Assembly (NCBI GenBank): GCA_965279525.1 | Contig: CBDIIB010000005.1 | Span: 608,001 to 672,000 of the forward strand | DNA length: 64,000 nt | Direction: 5' to 3' | Source: Tagaea sp. | GTDB taxonomy: Bacteria; Pseudomonadota; Alphaproteobacteria; CACIAM-22H2 | Shown here: positions 62,507 through 64,000 of the stretch, in pieces | How positions within the stretch are numbered: the stretch's first letter is position 1 | Layout: each line of letters opens with the position of its first letter | The notes under the pieces: generated by a model | Database searches by the model: none | Told to the model about the DNA's origin: nothing | What the model saw: only the letters and a program-made list of their open reading frames with translations | Translations under genes and position numbers: made by a program

Positions 62507-63793
62507 TCAACTTCGCGGCATGCCGGCGGGTATCGCATCGAGGCCGTAGGTCTCGTTGCCGACGCCGGTAACAGTCGCGACGATCTTCCCGCTTTCGAGA
62601 TCGAGCAGCCAGACGAGGCTGCTGCGCGGCCCGGACTTCGCGCCGCCGACGACGCAGGCATAGCGTCCGCCGGCGATCGTGATGCCGCGCGGACGCGGCA
62701 GGGCGCCGTTCGGCGTCTGGGGATGGATGCGCAGCGCTTCCGCAGGACGGCCCGCGATCGCGTCGGCCACGTCGACCAGCGAAATCGTGTTCGAGCGGAA
62801 GCACGAAGCGACGACCCGCCGTCCGTCCGGGGTGAAGGCGACGGCAAAGGGCCTTGTCTGTTCGTTCGGATCGTCGCTGCCGACGCGCACGCGCGCGACT
62901 TCGGCATCCTTGCCGCCGGTGGCGGCGCGCGCGACGTCGATGATCGAGATCGTCCGGCCTTCGTAGGGGACCGACATGCTTTCGCGTGCGGCGACCGCGA
63001 CGAGCTTGCCGTCGGGGCTGGTCGCCAGACCGAACGGGCCCGTCTCGACGGGCACGCGGCAGATCTCGGCACCCGGATCGCCGGCCATCGCCGCCTTGAG
63101 ATCGACCACCGAAACGTCGCTGAGGCCGCCGTTGCCGACGAACGCGTATCCGCCGCCAAGCGGCGAAATGGCGATGCCCGTCGGATTCGGATAGCGGCCG
63201 AAGCTGGGATGCGGGCTGTCGTGCCGGCTCGGTCCCGGTGCCGGATGTCCCGGCGTCTCGCGCAGCGGGATGCGCCGCACGGGCTTTCGCGTCGCCACGT
63301 CGATCGCCGTGATCTCGTCGCCGCCGTCCTCGCTGCCATCCGCTTCGCCGCAATTGACGAGAAGCGTGCGGCCGTCCGGAACCAGGGCGCAGCCGACGGG
63401 GCCAGTCCGTCCGGTGGACACGAAGGCGGCCACCGCACCGAGCGTCCCGTCGTTGGCGGGATCGCGGGCCTTGGCGAGATCGACGACCGTGATCAGGCCC
63501 GGATGGCCGTGCTGGTAGCCGGCCGCCCCCTTCGGTGTCGCGGCACCCGAATGGTTGACGACGTAGGCGAAGCGTCCTTCACGGTCGACCACGATCGAGA
63601 CCGGCTGGCCGCTTGCCTTGGCGTCGGGCACGCCGTCGCCGTCCGTATCGACGTCAGGCGTCACGCGCGGACGCGATATCACGGCATTGTCCGTCCGGTC
63701 ATTCCCGGGCAGCAGCGCCTTGTCGACGTCGACGATCGCGACGTTGTCGTCCCAGCGGCCGCTGACAATCAGATGGCCCATGCGGTCGCTCAT
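62507..63793 (-). CDS. YncE-like beta-propeller protein
   Basis: Repeated P.G.A.SPDG blades; no signal peptide. Confidence 0.75.
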   Translation of the reverse strand: MSDRMGHLIVSGRWDDNVAIVDVDKALLPGNDRTDNAVISRPRVTPDVDTDGDGVPDAKASGQPVSIVVDREGRFAYVVNHSGAATPKGAAGYQHGHPGLITVVDLAKARDPANDGTLGAVAAFVSTGRTGPVGCALVPDGRTLLVNCGEADGSEDGGDEITAIDVATRKPVRRIPLRETPGHPAPGPSRHDSPHPSFGRYPNPTGIAISPLGGGYAFVGNGGLSDVSVVDLKAAMAGDPGAEICRVPVETGPFGLATSPDGKLVAVAARESMSVPYEGRTISIIDVARAATGGKDAEVARVRVGSDDPNEQTRPFAVAFTPDGRRVVASCFRSNTISLVDVADAIAGRPAEALRIHPQTPNGALPRPRGITIAGGRYACVVGGAKSGPRSSLVWLLDLESGKIVATVTGVGNETYGLDAIPAGMPRS

Positions 63794-63905
63794 CGACGAC
63801 GATCCTCGAATTGTCTTTTGCGGAAGCCTATTGGGTCGCTCCGGATGGCGCAACAGCACATCGGCCGTTACACGTCGACCAATCGCGCGATTGGGCAGAC
63901 GCGCG

Positions 63906-64000
63906 TCACGTACCCAGCAGCTTCAGCCCGAGTACGCCGGCCAAGATCAAGCCGACGCACAGGATGCGCAGGACGTCGCTCGATTCGCCAAACAGCACGA
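63906..64000 (-). CDS. SMR (SugE/Gdx-like) transporter, 3' end only
   Basis: Reverse strand reads VLFGESSDVLRILCVGLILAGVLGLKLLGT-stop. Confidence 0.75.
   Translation of the reverse strand, partial: VLFGESSDVLRILCVGLILAGVLGLKLLGT

Overview
A GC-rich alphaproteobacterial chromosomal segment; the gene set and REP types suggest Rhodospirillales (inference). In order it carries: a 5'-truncated multi-PAS hybrid histidine kinase with a 1-nt frameshift plus a response regulator; a GldA/F/G-like ABC system with a DUF4340 protein; a ~1.15-kb lower-GC islet; class II ribonucleotide reductase nrdJ with NrdR/LexA-like boxes and REP doublets on both sides; housekeeping genes (chaC, ETF-QO, UDG, lytic transglycosylase, moaB, SOS radical SAM, pheA, cytochrome c); a large putative N-heterocycle (pterin/purine-like) uptake and catabolism cluster; a SigF-NrsF-type ECF locus; pucG; an atypical serS; an orphan arsA; a LOV histidine kinase; a soluble PAS chemoreceptor; and a TctABC transporter with a beta-propeller protein. 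The stand-out feature is the islet at 9707-10874. It is bounded by a 14/15-nt direct repeat and IHF-like sites, and carries one coiled-coil/winged-helix ORF followed by two non-canonical tRNA genes with leucine-type bodies. One has a proline (UGG) anticodon; the other has no proper anticodon loop and an oversized variable arm. All calls come from reading the sequence and ORF translations; no searches were run.
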